Positions 41,853-51,528 of a stretch of 64,000 bases of DNA are shown here, piece after piece (the stretch's first letter is position 1; the number at the start of each line of letters is the position of its first letter). The notes under the pieces are model-generated. The model was given only the letters and a program-made list of their open reading frames with translations. It had not been told where the DNA came from and did no database searches. Source of the stretch: Candidatus Poribacteria bacterium (GTDB taxonomy: Bacteria > Poribacteria > WGA-4E > WGA-3G). The position numbers and the translations under genes were made by a program. The DNA is taken from positions 2,752,001 to 2,816,000 of the forward strand of contig OZ243938.1 of assembly GCA_965214095.1 (NCBI GenBank), in the 5' to 3' direction.

Positions 41853-41925
41853 TGCGCCGTAAAGGAATCGAACCTTCAACCCTCTGATTAAGAGTCAGAT
41901 GCTCTGCCAATTGAGCTAACGGCGC
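41853..41925 (-). tRNA. tRNA-Lys(CTT)
   Basis: Anticodon arm TCTGA-CTCTTAA-TCAGA; GGTTCGATTCC. Confidence 0.95.
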
Positions 41926-41926
41926 C

Positions 41927-41999
41927 CGCGTCCGGAGGGACTCGAACCCCCAACTTATAGCTCCGAAGGCTATTGCTCTATCCATTGAACTACGGACGC
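41927..41999 (-). tRNA. tRNA-Arg(TCG)
   Basis: Anticodon arm ATAGC-CTTCGGA-GCTAT; GGTTCGAGTCC. Confidence 0.93.
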
Positions 42000-42007
42000 A
42001 TCTAAAA

Positions 42008-42080
42008 GGTGGATGATGGGGATTGAACCCACGGCCTCCTGATCCACAGTCAGGCGCTCTACCCCTGAGCTACATCCACC
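42008..42080 (-). tRNA. tRNA-His(GTG)
   Basis: Anticodon arm CCTGA-CTGTGGA-TCAGG; encoded G-1 and C73. Confidence 0.93.
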
Positions 42081-42090
42081 ACGTTCAATA

Positions 42091-42164
42091 CACGCCTAGC
42101 AGGACTCGAACCTGCAACCCACAGCTTAGAAGGCTGTTGCTCTATCCAATTGAGCTATAGGCGC
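42091..42164 (-). tRNA. tRNA-Arg(TCT)
   Basis: Anticodon arm ACAGC-CTTCTAA-GCTGT. Confidence 0.94.
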
Positions 42165-42173
42165 ATGTGGAAA

Positions 42174-42248
42174 TCGGGGTGAGAGGATTCGAACCTCCGA
42201 CCTTCTGCTCCCAAAGCAGACGCGCTAGCCGGGCTGCGCTACACCCCG
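42174..42248 (-). tRNA. tRNA-Pro(TGG)
   Basis: CGGGGTG start; anticodon arm TCTGC-TTTGGGA-GCAGA. Confidence 0.95.
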
Positions 42249-42401
42249 ATAAGTAAAGACTTTATTTCAAATTATGTGGTTATATTATAATACAAAACCT
42301 TCACTATTGCAAATTAATCGTCACATTCTTGCCATATTTTAGATGGTCTGATATAATGGAATCAGAAGGAAAATCGCTAATCTTAAAGTGGACAAAATGC
42401 T

Positions 42402-43280
42402 ATGCTAAGTCCCGAATTTCTTACACAACTTGATAAGTTCCGGATCCATTGTCAAAAACCATTTCGCGGTAGATTTCGAGGAGACCGTCGAAGCCTCAAT
42501 CGCGGAACTGGCGTTGAATTTGCCGATTACCGGCTCTATCAACACGGAGACGATCTCCGGTATCTTGATTGGAATGTCTATGCTCGTTTGGAAAAGTTGT
42601 TCATCAAATTGTTCCAAGCAGATGAAGAATTGCCAGTATCCATTCTGATAGACACAAGTCAATCCATGCAGTTTGGAGAACCTACAAAATTACATTATGC
42701 CAAACAACTTGCTGCAGCGTTGGGTTATATCTCATTAGGAAACTCGGATCGAGTTGCATTCTATACATTAGCAGAACGTCTAACTACAGCATTACCTGCT
42801 ACCTATGGAAAATCACAATTTGCCCGTATTCAAAAAGTCTTGACAACCGTGGAGGCAGGTGGAACAACTAACCTAACCGAATGTCTCAAACATCTGGCAA
42901 CACATCAACCACATGCAGGCGTTGTCATTGTTCTCAGTGATTTTTTGGATTCGGCAGGCTATACTACCGGCATCAATTCGCTGTTAGGACGCGGATTTGC
43001 GTTGACGTTGATACACATTCAATGCCAAGAAGAAATAGAACCTCCACCAACAGGAGAATGGCGGTTGGAAGATGCTGAAACAGGTGAAACAAAGGAAATT
43101 ACTATTAATGAGGAGACTATCTCGCACTACCAAAATCGACAGAAAGAATTCTGTGAACACCTACAAAGCCATTGCACAAAACAAGGTGTCGGTTATGTTC
43201 GGATAAGCACCGATGTTGATTATGAATCTGTTATCATGCAAGATATGCAACGCGCAGGTTTCATTCAACGAAGATACTGA
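42402..43280 (+). CDS. DUF58 domain protein (vWA-like, MoxR-associated)
   Basis: GVEFADYRLYQHGDDLRYLDWNVYAR, DTSQSM, VLSDF, EDAETGE. Confidence 0.9.
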   Translation: MLSPEFLTQLDKFRIHCQKPFRGRFRGDRRSLNRGTGVEFADYRLYQHGDDLRYLDWNVYARLEKLFIKLFQADEELPVSILIDTSQSMQFGEPTKLHYAKQLAAALGYISLGNSDRVAFYTLAERLTTALPATYGKSQFARIQKVLTTVEAGGTTNLTECLKHLATHQPHAGVVIVLSDFLDSAGYTTGINSLLGRGFALTLIHIQCQEEIEPPPTGEWRLEDAETGETKEITINEETISHYQNRQKEFCEHLQSHCTKQGVGYVRISTDVDYESVIMQDMQRAGFIQRRY

Positions 43281-43313
43281 ATACAATCAGATAGTGAACA
43301 AGGAGGAAAACAC

Positions 43314-43856
43314 ATGCAGAAACAGTTAGCACAAACAACATTAGAACTGATCCAGGGAGATATAACAAAAGCAGAAGTTGATGCGATTGTAAATGCAGCA
43401 AACAAAGAACTCATCGGTGGCAGTGGCGTTGATGGAGCGATACGACGCGCTGGTGGTGAGGCAATCGTCCAAGCCTGCAATGCAATTCGGAATCGTCAAG
43501 GAGGGTGTCCAACAGGTACAGCAGTTATCACAACCGGTGGTAACTTACCTGCAAAATACGTCATCCATACAGCAGGACCAGTATGGCAGGGAGGCAATGA
43601 GGGTGAATCAGATCTGCTCGCAAGTTGCTATAAAGAATGTCTCCAGTTGGCAGTGGAGAATGAGGCACATTCCATCGCTTTTCCTTCCATCAGCACAGGT
43701 GTCTACGGATATCCGACAGAAAAAGCAGCAAAGGTCGCACTTCAAACAATACAGAACTCAGTTGGTAGTGGAGCAAAAGCACCTGAATGCATTCAGTTCA
43801 TTTTATTTGATGATGCTACTTATAGCTGCTATGTAAAAGCTCTTTCAACTCTCTAA
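43314..43856 (+). CDS. Macro domain O-acetyl-ADP-ribose deacetylase (YmdB-like)
   Basis: QGDITK, IVNAAN, GGSGVDGAI, VIHTAGP, AFPSISTGVYGYP. Confidence 0.93.
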   Translation: MQKQLAQTTLELIQGDITKAEVDAIVNAANKELIGGSGVDGAIRRAGGEAIVQACNAIRNRQGGCPTGTAVITTGGNLPAKYVIHTAGPVWQGGNEGESDLLASCYKECLQLAVENEAHSIAFPSISTGVYGYPTEKAAKVALQTIQNSVGSGAKAPECIQFILFDDATYSCYVKALSTL

Positions 43857-44586
43857 AATAAACTTCATTCATACATTTAACTGTGGGGTGTGCATAAATA
43901 TATTATGTGCCGACATTGGCTGCGTCTCTCATCAAGTATTTCTTTATATGTAATTGTCACATTTGTGGCAGTATAATCTATTGAGATGCTTTGATTTTGT
44001 GGACGGCACGCGGAGCGTGCCTACTACTTTTAAGATCATATTTGAGATTGCTTTTCTTTATGCACACTCCTCATTTAATATAGTTATTCTAGTAAAAGAG
44101 AGAAATTACTATCAATTATTTGTTGACATTAACCGACATATAATTATAATAATAGTATTGAGACGAATAATATTAAAATTATATATTATTTTATGTCTAT
44201 ATATTATTACTATAGTTTGGACATTTTAGAGTGCGATGCACCTTTCACTCCGTTGGGGCTGCTGTTTGGTGCTGAGAAGTTCCTTTTTATAGAAAGGTCG
44301 CGTTTGTGGACAGAACTCTACGAATAATCAGAAATGCTTTAGGAACAAGTTATGAGCCCGATAGAAACTGTCCAAACAGTAATTTAAGACCATTTTAAAA
44401 ACTTTAAAACAACTTGATTTCAGTAGAATCATTATGGTATATTATGGTTAATCCAATTAACCGAACGCAATTGCAAATTCAATTCATTCCTATATATTCT
44501 CTATAATAACTGATTCTGACGACAATTGACAATATCATCCTATACCGCTGAAGTTTCGGGTAAATCTGCAACGCAAGGAGAAAATA

Positions 44587-46038
44587 ATGGCATTCTCAAT
44601 TCAGAAATTAAATCGCAGAAAGAAGCAGATGCGAGCACTGATTATCTCTCTCTTAATACATTTTATTGCAATCATAGTGTTAGGCTTCTGGTTAATAAAT
44701 CCGTACATCCAAGAAATTGATGATAGCATGCCTGTAGAATTATTTGACTCACTTACCGAGCAGGGAGAAGTTCGACAGGATATACCAAAACCGAAACCTA
44801 AGATGATATCAAAGGTTGAACGCAAAATCGCGTCATCGGGACTCAAAGGCGTTTCAAGCGCACAACGTATCCCGACACCTGTTAACCCTATATCCCCTAT
44901 ACAAGATGAGAGACCAATTGACGCCCCATCAATGATACAAGACGTCACAAGACTTGCCCCATCCCCCGAAAGTGTCCTAAACCAATCTCAACTTGATGGT
45001 CCAAAGTTAACGGATGGAGATGGACCAACAGAAAGCACTACACCCATACGAAGTAAAAGTAGTAGTGGTTCAATTGACTTAGTTAATCGTGGTAAGGGAA
45101 GTTCAGGATTTGGTAACTTAACAAAAAGCACAAGCACAGGTTCAGTATATGCAGATTTAGGTGAAGGCTATGCGAAGTTACCAACGTTGAAAGATGAGAT
45201 CGGTGATAAATTAGGTGGTATCATCAAAGGCACAGGCTCAGACCTAAAGGCACACATACGCATCATTCGACTGAAGCATACACTCAGCGATTGGTGGCAA
45301 GACCCAACCGCAATTCCTTCACTGATAAAGTGGTTGCGTGAAAACACACCCGTGCGTGCTGATATGAGCTTCGCCGGTGGCGCATTAACCATGACCGACC
45401 CTGACATTATGAGCGCACCACTTATCATTATGACAGGACACGAAAAAGAAATGGTAGGCAACCGAAACCTAATGAAAGAAGGTGAGAAGAGAATAGACGG
45501 TTTTACAGAAGCAGAACGCGCAGCATTACGGAGGTATGTACTTGATCAAGGCGGCACTCTTTTCTTTGACGATTGCGGGTTGAAGGCTGGTTTCTCAGGA
45601 CTAATAGAACGAGAACTATACATGATATTTCCCGAATATGCTTTAGAAAAACTCCCACATGACCACGAAATATACAATATCTACTATCAACTCTCCAAAC
45701 CACCAGAAGGTGGAGAGGTCTTTTGGGAAAGTGAAAATAAAGCACGACCTACCAAATATAAGTTCCATCGTGGGATATATGTACCACGCACACCAGGTGG
45801 AAGGAAATCACCAAATCTAACCTATAAAGACGCACAAGGTGTTCTCCGCACTTCAAACAGGCTCGGTGTCATATTCAATAGAAAAGATTATCTCTGTGCT
45901 ATGGAAACTGCGGAGATACAATCCAGAACTGCACTTCGGAATCGACGTTCCACCGATGTTTATCGTTTTATGACCAACCTGATGGTGTACACACTCAAAT
46001 ACGGTGGCAACACAGACAGATCAGACTATAAAGACTAA
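44587..46038 (+). CDS. Membrane-anchored DUF4159 domain protein
   Basis: N-terminal TM with SLLIH, Pro/Ser/Gly-rich linker, DWWQDPTA, PLIIMTGH, LRRYV..GGTLFFDDC. Confidence 0.75.
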   Translation: MAFSIQKLNRRKKQMRALIISLLIHFIAIIVLGFWLINPYIQEIDDSMPVELFDSLTEQGEVRQDIPKPKPKMISKVERKIASSGLKGVSSAQRIPTPVNPISPIQDERPIDAPSMIQDVTRLAPSPESVLNQSQLDGPKLTDGDGPTESTTPIRSKSSSGSIDLVNRGKGSSGFGNLTKSTSTGSVYADLGEGYAKLPTLKDEIGDKLGGIIKGTGSDLKAHIRIIRLKHTLSDWWQDPTAIPSLIKWLRENTPVRADMSFAGGALTMTDPDIMSAPLIIMTGHEKEMVGNRNLMKEGEKRIDGFTEAERAALRRYVLDQGGTLFFDDCGLKAGFSGLIERELYMIFPEYALEKLPHDHEIYNIYYQLSKPPEGGEVFWESENKARPTKYKFHRGIYVPRTPGGRKSPNLTYKDAQGVLRTSNRLGVIFNRKDYLCAMETAEIQSRTALRNRRSTDVYRFMTNLMVYTLKYGGNTDRSDYKD

Positions 46039-46060
46039 CACGTCTCACCATAAACCACCA

Positions 46061-46504
46061 TTATTTCAACAATTCCTGCAACTTCTGAGTGCGATATTCA
46101 AATATCTTTTCTATATCCGGACGAACAAAGAGATTGTTAATCAACTTTCCACCCAGAACAGCATATTCCACATCGTCACCAACAAGCGTTCCACCATCTG
46201 TTTCAACAAACGTGTGCTTATGAATCCAGCATCTATAAGGACCTCTACGTTGTTCATCCGCGAAAAAATGCGGAGGTTCCCATTCCGTTATTTCGCTTTG
46301 CCATCGGATAGGAATACCACGAAGTTTCAATTGATAATCTATCAATGTCCCGACTTCCATCTCTATCGGACGCGGTGTAAGCATTTCAAAGTGTAGCCAA
46401 GGCGGTGTGATTTCGGCAAGATTATGTGCATCAGAAAAATATGAAAAAACTTCCTCCTGCGACTTTTCAATCAGTTGTTCAGTTGTCAGCTTAAAAGTTT
46501 TCAT
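46061..46504 (-). CDS. SRPBCC family protein
   Basis: NLAEITPPW, FADEQRRGPY..WIHKH, IFEYR. Confidence 0.85.
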   Translation of the reverse strand: MKTFKLTTEQLIEKSQEEVFSYFSDAHNLAEITPPWLHFEMLTPRPIEMEVGTLIDYQLKLRGIPIRWQSEITEWEPPHFFADEQRRGPYRCWIHKHTFVETDGGTLVGDDVEYAVLGGKLINNLFVRPDIEKIFEYRTQKLQELLK

Positions 46505-46536
46505 TTTCTTCCCTCCGTGATCCTATATGTTGTTCT

Positions 46537-47601
46537 TTATTGTGTCTCTACATAGTTTTCATTAACATAACGCGTAATCAACTCTATCTCTTCCTCTTCA
46601 AGATAAAGTCCGTGTTCAATCATTCGATTGATAACTTCGGTTGTTTCCTCTCTTGATCGTGGTGGATAATCCTCCACATCAGTTGTCGGATGGCATTGTG
46701 AACATTTATCCTCAAAAAGTTCCTTTGCCTCCGCTTCGTTATAAGTGTCTGTAATCGTATCACTTTCCTCTTCTGCTGCCATTGCGACAGATGCCTGTTC
46801 TGCTGCGAACTTCGCATCAGAGGTCCGCTTCTGTTCTGCAAGCTGCTGCTTAACTGCGTTCTTTATATCAGGTGTGATTGCAATCAGATATGTAGACACA
46901 CTCCACTCCTCTTCTTCGGATATCGGCTCTCCGATCACAGGTTTAATCGCCATACGATGCACTAAACGCACCCAATCTGGCGGTGTGCGTGGTTTAGCAA
47001 GAATCGTACGCAAATCGTGGCAAACAACACATTTACGTTGTAACACATGTCGTCCTTCCCGCAACTTCCGTTTTGAAGCAAGTTGATCCAACGGTGCCTG
47101 AGATGGTAACTCAGCAGTGTCTAACAACTGTCGGGTTCTTGCAATTCCTTTCTCGCTGAATGCATCTGTCTTTGCTGTCAGGACAGTTTCATGGAATGAA
47201 AACGGAACTGACAACCCAATCAACAAATAGGTGCATAAAAGTAAACAGACACCGATATACGGCATTGATTCCTCAAAATGGCGAAAAAAGCGAAGGATAA
47301 CGACCTTAATTAAAATCAGCACACCGATGGTAATTCCAAGCATCAAATGCGCAACAGTACGGGGTGGCAATTCAACCTGATATGTCCACAAGCGAGGCAC
47401 CATGTACCACATCATAAAGATATAGAGCAACGCATACGCATAACCCAAACAACGATGTAAAATTGTCAATGAACGTGGTGCTTCACTCTTATGCGTCTCC
47501 TTGTTAAATGGGTATCCCCACAACTTAAACATCAAGAACACCGAAGCATTCGCTATTCCCAAAAATATCAGTCCAAATATTGCACTTGTTGATGTTGACA
47601 T
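46537..47601 (-). CDS. Membrane-bound dihaem c-type cytochrome (4 N-terminal TMs)
   Basis: CVVCH and CSQCH, each with a downstream RM Met-ligand motif; His residues in the TM part. Confidence 0.8.
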   Translation of the reverse strand: MSTSTSAIFGLIFLGIANASVFLMFKLWGYPFNKETHKSEAPRSLTILHRCLGYAYALLYIFMMWYMVPRLWTYQVELPPRTVAHLMLGITIGVLILIKVVILRFFRHFEESMPYIGVCLLLCTYLLIGLSVPFSFHETVLTAKTDAFSEKGIARTRQLLDTAELPSQAPLDQLASKRKLREGRHVLQRKCVVCHDLRTILAKPRTPPDWVRLVHRMAIKPVIGEPISEEEEWSVSTYLIAITPDIKNAVKQQLAEQKRTSDAKFAAEQASVAMAAEEESDTITDTYNEAEAKELFEDKCSQCHPTTDVEDYPPRSREETTEVINRMIEHGLYLEEEEIELITRYVNENYVETQ

Positions 47602-47691
47602 TATTTAGTTTTCCTTTTATGAATTCTCTGGTATATATCTGTATCATTCTCAAATAAGTAAATCTCATCGCATGCACTTTTGATAATGCGA

Positions 47692-47749
47692 ACTCTTATC
47701 CTGAAAATCCTGAAAATCCTGAAAATCCTGAAAATCCTGGTTCAGACAA
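47692..47749 (+). repeat. 9-bp tandem repeat (ATCCTGAAA)x4 followed by ATCCTGGTTCAGACAA
   Basis: Directly visible; inverted copy at 49883-49930 and direct copy at 50003-50045. Confidence 0.9.
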
Positions 47750-47771
47750 TATACAATTCAACGCTTCCCAA

Positions 47772-48572
47772 TTACGTATCCAATATAGGACGATTCAATC
47801 GTGAATGGTATGGTTGTTCCATGACCGCACGTTGACGTTCATTTGCCCATTCTGGTACAGGATAAGCAGGCACATAAGCCATATTCCCCGCAGTGTAACG
47901 TGTCAAGATTGAACGTCTCGGATGGTCTGCTGTCCACGGAAGTGTGCCATGTGTTACTGCCTCTGTAAATATAATGACATCTCCAGCATCACAGACAGGT
48001 TGTCGGATATGTTCTTGATGTTTCTGATATAGTCGCATCTCATGTGGACAAGAGTAGTTACTCTTGTGACTTCCCGGTATAACAATCAGTCCACCAGCAC
48101 CTGGTGGCACATCAGTCAGTTGAATCGTTACAACAGTCAATCCATTGTGCATCCTACCATCGCGAAAAATATAATACTGATTCGGATCAAACCCTGGTCC
48201 AGATGAACCGTGAAAAATGAAACCTTCCGCACCTTTGTCCATAGAAAGCAGGAACATCTGATGATCCATGCGGAAACCCTTACCCAATATTTCATTGAGA
48301 TACGGTACAAGTGTCGGATGTGCCAGCATGTCTCGAAACGGATTGCACCACGGTTCCTCCCAGCCAAGCATGCCACCGAGTTCGCTTCTGCCAAACTCAC
48401 CCCGCAACTCCTCAGAACCACCGTCAAGTGTTTGTTCTCTCGGACGCACGCGCAATTGTTCACTATGTTTGTCAATAGCTTCGTTCGCCAATGCTACCTC
48501 TTCTGGAGTCAATACATCTTTTACAACGATATAACCGTTCAGATCAAATAGATATTTTTCATCAGCATTCAT
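47772..48572 (-). CDS. Phytanoyl-CoA dioxygenase (PhyH) family protein
   Basis: FDLNGYIVVKDVL, IPGSHK, AGDVIIFTEAVTHG, RR; HxD replaced by HGS. Confidence 0.85.
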   Translation of the reverse strand: MNADEKYLFDLNGYIVVKDVLTPEEVALANEAIDKHSEQLRVRPREQTLDGGSEELRGEFGRSELGGMLGWEEPWCNPFRDMLAHPTLVPYLNEILGKGFRMDHQMFLLSMDKGAEGFIFHGSSGPGFDPNQYYIFRDGRMHNGLTVVTIQLTDVPPGAGGLIVIPGSHKSNYSCPHEMRLYQKHQEHIRQPVCDAGDVIIFTEAVTHGTLPWTADHPRRSILTRYTAGNMAYVPAYPVPEWANERQRAVMEQPYHSRLNRPILDT

Positions 48573-48646
48573 CTTTTATCTCCTCTATTCTGCACACTAT
48601 ATCTGTAGGACAAGGTTCCCGTACCTCAGTCATACTATACAATCAC

Positions 48647-49774
48647 TTACACCGCATACGCAACAGAACCATCTTCACGCAACGGTGTTGTGCCTGTATT
48701 CATAGGTCTGAAAGGGGTTTCTGCAATTAAATCATCATTAATTTCTACACCCAATCCAGGTACATTAGGAATTGGAATATATCCACCTTCCCGCTGATAC
48801 GACACTTTGTAGACAGCAAAAGCATCCGATTCATCCGCTTTGGTATATTCCTGTGTGACAAAGTTCGGGATACTTGCATCTAAATGTAGCGAAGCAGCTG
48901 TTATCACCGGACCAAGGAAGTTGTGCGTTACAACCGCGCTGTGGTATGCCTCCGCAATCGCAGCAATCTTTTTGCAGTGTGTCAATCCACCTGCCAAACC
49001 GACATCAGGACGCACATATTGCGGTCCTCCCACCTCCAAAATCTCACGGAACTCCCAGATGCTTACATTCCGTTCACCTATAGCGAGAGGCGTTGTCATC
49101 CGCTTTGCTAATTCCGCTTGTGTCGTAATAGTATCTATCTGAATCGGGTCTTCAATGAAATAGAGATTGAAGGGTGCTAACGCCGACTCTAACACGATAC
49201 TATTCATCGGTGTCAGTTTCCGATGCACCTCAACAATCAGATCCAAATCAGGTCCACCACCTTCTCTCGCTGCTGCTACAAGGTCTCTCGCAGTATTTAC
49301 CAAACGATCCAACGCCATATCCTGAAAATTACCGACCAATGGATCAAACTTCAGCGCAGTAAATCCCTCTGCAACGGCAGCTTTTGCCGCTTCAAACATC
49401 GTCTCAGGGGTGCCACCACCACCCAATAGATGCAGTCTGATTTTGTCTCGGCAGTTTCCACCCAGCAATTCCCATATCGGCACTCCGAAATGTTTGCCCT
49501 TAATATCATACAAGGCAATGTCAACTGCACTTATTGCACCACTTAAGGCAGTGCCTTTGAACGGACCCATTCGGTACAGATGTTGCCAATGATGTTCAAT
49601 ACGCAACGGATTTTGACCGATCAGGTATTTCTCAAAAGTATTTACAATCTTCTCAACTGCCTCTGGATATCCCCAGCATGCAGTCTGTCCGATACCACTG
49701 AGACCCGTATCTGTCCAAATCCGAATCACATAACCGTTTCCAATAAAAAACGACTCAATCTTATCAATTTTCAT
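48647..49774 (-). CDS. Mandelate racemase/galactonate dehydratase-like enolase-superfamily enzyme
   Basis: AISAVDIALYDIKGK, KFDP, EVH, IEDP, GER, PGLGVE; start MKIDKIE at 49774 after GGAGG. Confidence 0.88.
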   Translation of the reverse strand: MKIDKIESFFIGNGYVIRIWTDTGLSGIGQTACWGYPEAVEKIVNTFEKYLIGQNPLRIEHHWQHLYRMGPFKGTALSGAISAVDIALYDIKGKHFGVPIWELLGGNCRDKIRLHLLGGGGTPETMFEAAKAAVAEGFTALKFDPLVGNFQDMALDRLVNTARDLVAAAREGGGPDLDLIVEVHRKLTPMNSIVLESALAPFNLYFIEDPIQIDTITTQAELAKRMTTPLAIGERNVSIWEFREILEVGGPQYVRPDVGLAGGLTHCKKIAAIAEAYHSAVVTHNFLGPVITAASLHLDASIPNFVTQEYTKADESDAFAVYKVSYQREGGYIPIPNVPGLGVEINDDLIAETPFRPMNTGTTPLREDGSVAYAV

Positions 49775-49882
49775 ATCACCCTCCAATGAGTGTTGTCTTT
49801 TCTATGCTTGAACGTATTGTAGCATAAGGCGTTGACAATTGACAATAGTCAAGCAAGCAAAGGTGTGTAAAGTTTTTGTCAC

Positions 49883-50045
49883 TTGTCTGAACCAGGATTT
49901 TCAGGATTATAGGATTTTCAGGATAAGAGTCTGAAACATCAAAATCTCATCCAAAAAATAAACGTCAACTTGGGAATAGGAACTTTGGAGAGCCAAACTC
50001 ATAATCCTGCGAATCTACTAATCCTGAAAATCCTGGTTCAGACAA
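49883..50045. repeat. 163-bp element with 27-bp perfect inverted ends built of 9-nt periodic units
   Basis: TTGTCTGAACCAGGATTTTCAGGATTA (49883-49909) / TAATCCTGAAAATCCTGGTTCAGACAA (50019-50045). Confidence 0.88.
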
Positions 50046-50214
50046 CGTCTCTTACATTCTCCCTGAATCTCGGATTTACACGGATGACACAGAGAAGAAC
50101 CTACAACAAGAGAAACTTGCTTCATAAGAAATATTAGTTGAATTGTCGATAAAACTTTGTTAAACTATGTGTTTAAGCGGAATTTACGTATAAACTACAA
50201 TAAAGGACACAACG

Positions 50215-51495
50215 TTGAATATTCTTGTTATCGGACAAGGGGGACGCGAACACACCCTTGTCTGGAAACTTGCACAGAGTCCACTCGTCCAAAAAATGTA
50301 CTGCACACCCGGAAACGCGGGCATTGCACAAATCGCTGAACCAATTCAGATAGATGATGATTTCGCAAAACTCGCGAATTGGGCAGAATCCAATAACATT
50401 GACCTCACAGTTGTCGGACCTGAGAACCCTTTAGCAGCAGGAATCGTTGATGTTCTTAATGAACGTGGTTTGAAAGCATTCGGTCCGGACAAACAAGCAG
50501 CACAACTGGAAGGAAGTAAAGATTTCGCAAAAAAGTTGATGCTGAAAAACGACATCCCAACAGCAGCATATCAGACATTTGAAGATGCTGATGAAGCAAT
50601 TGCGTATATTGAAGATATTAAGACACCTGTTTTCGTCAAAGCAGATGGGTTAGCAGCGGGTAAAGGTGTTATTCCCGGACGCACCATCGCCGAAGCGATC
50701 CAAGCGGTCAAGACAATTTTAGTGGATAAGACATTTGGCGATGCAGGAAAAAGTGTCGTTATTGAAGAGGAGTTAATCGGAGAAGAAGCATCATTTACTG
50801 TCCTCGTGGATGGGAAAAACTGCTTACCATTCGTAAGTTCACAAGACCACAAGATGTCGCACGATGGTGATACAGGAAAGAATACCGGTGGAATGGGAGC
50901 ATACTCTCCTGCACCTGTCATGACTTCCGAACTTCATGAATATGTAATGGAACGGGTTGTTCATCCGACTGTCAAAGGTATGTCAAATATCGGATGTCCA
51001 TTCAAAGGTGTTCTATACGTTGGATTGATGATCACAGATACAGGTCCAAAAGTGTTGGAGTTTAACTGTCGTTTCGGAGACCCTGAAACACAAGTGCTAT
51101 TGCCTCGTCTCAAAAGTGATCTGGTGCCATTGTTGATAGCGTGTATTGATGGAACACTTGATCAACACACTGATGTCCAATGGCACAATGAAGCAGCAGC
51201 GTGTGTAGTTATGGCTTCAGGAGGATACCCAAACCCGTATCAAACTGGAAAAGTAATCACAGGATTAGAAAAAGCCGATTCAATTGATGACGTAACCGTA
51301 TTTCACGCAGGAACAAAACAGCAGAGAAACGATATTGTCACCGCAGGTGGTCGCGTATTAGGTGTCACCGCACTTGCAGATGACCTTAAATCCGCCATTG
51401 AAAAAGCATATCTCGGTGTTACTGATATACATTTTGAGGACGCACATTGGCGGAAAGACATCGGATATAGAGCATTATCACGAACTAATTCATAA
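50215..51495 (+). CDS. purD: Phosphoribosylamine-glycine ligase
   Basis: GGREH, VVGPE, LEGSK, KADGLAAGKGV, NTGGMGAYSP, EFNCRFGDPE, GGRVL; TTG start. Confidence 0.97.
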   Translation: MNILVIGQGGREHTLVWKLAQSPLVQKMYCTPGNAGIAQIAEPIQIDDDFAKLANWAESNNIDLTVVGPENPLAAGIVDVLNERGLKAFGPDKQAAQLEGSKDFAKKLMLKNDIPTAAYQTFEDADEAIAYIEDIKTPVFVKADGLAAGKGVIPGRTIAEAIQAVKTILVDKTFGDAGKSVVIEEELIGEEASFTVLVDGKNCLPFVSSQDHKMSHDGDTGKNTGGMGAYSPAPVMTSELHEYVMERVVHPTVKGMSNIGCPFKGVLYVGLMITDTGPKVLEFNCRFGDPETQVLLPRLKSDLVPLLIACIDGTLDQHTDVQWHNEAAACVVMASGGYPNPYQTGKVITGLEKADSIDDVTVFHAGTKQQRNDIVTAGGRVLGVTALADDLKSAIEKAYLGVTDIHFEDAHWRKDIGYRALSRTNS

Positions 51496-51528
51496 GAGTT
51501 CGTATCAAATACAATTGGAGAAACTGAA

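Noticed and set aside
41687-42248. Integrative element at the tRNA cluster
   Set aside because: No integrase and no duplicated tRNA 3' end seen in the window
43954-44229. 91-aa ORF
   Set aside because: Runs through a REP and very AT-rich DNA, no RBS, low-complexity Ile-rich product
44225-44385. GC-richer patch with several possible pairings (CTGTTTGG/CCAAACAG, ACCTTTC/GAAAGGT) as an ncRNA
   Set aside because: The pairings are short and mutually competing, with no promoter or terminator support; it may be decayed repeats, and an Rfam search would be needed
47692-47749. Tandem repeat as CRISPR or coding repeat
   Set aside because: 9-bp units with no spacers, intergenic
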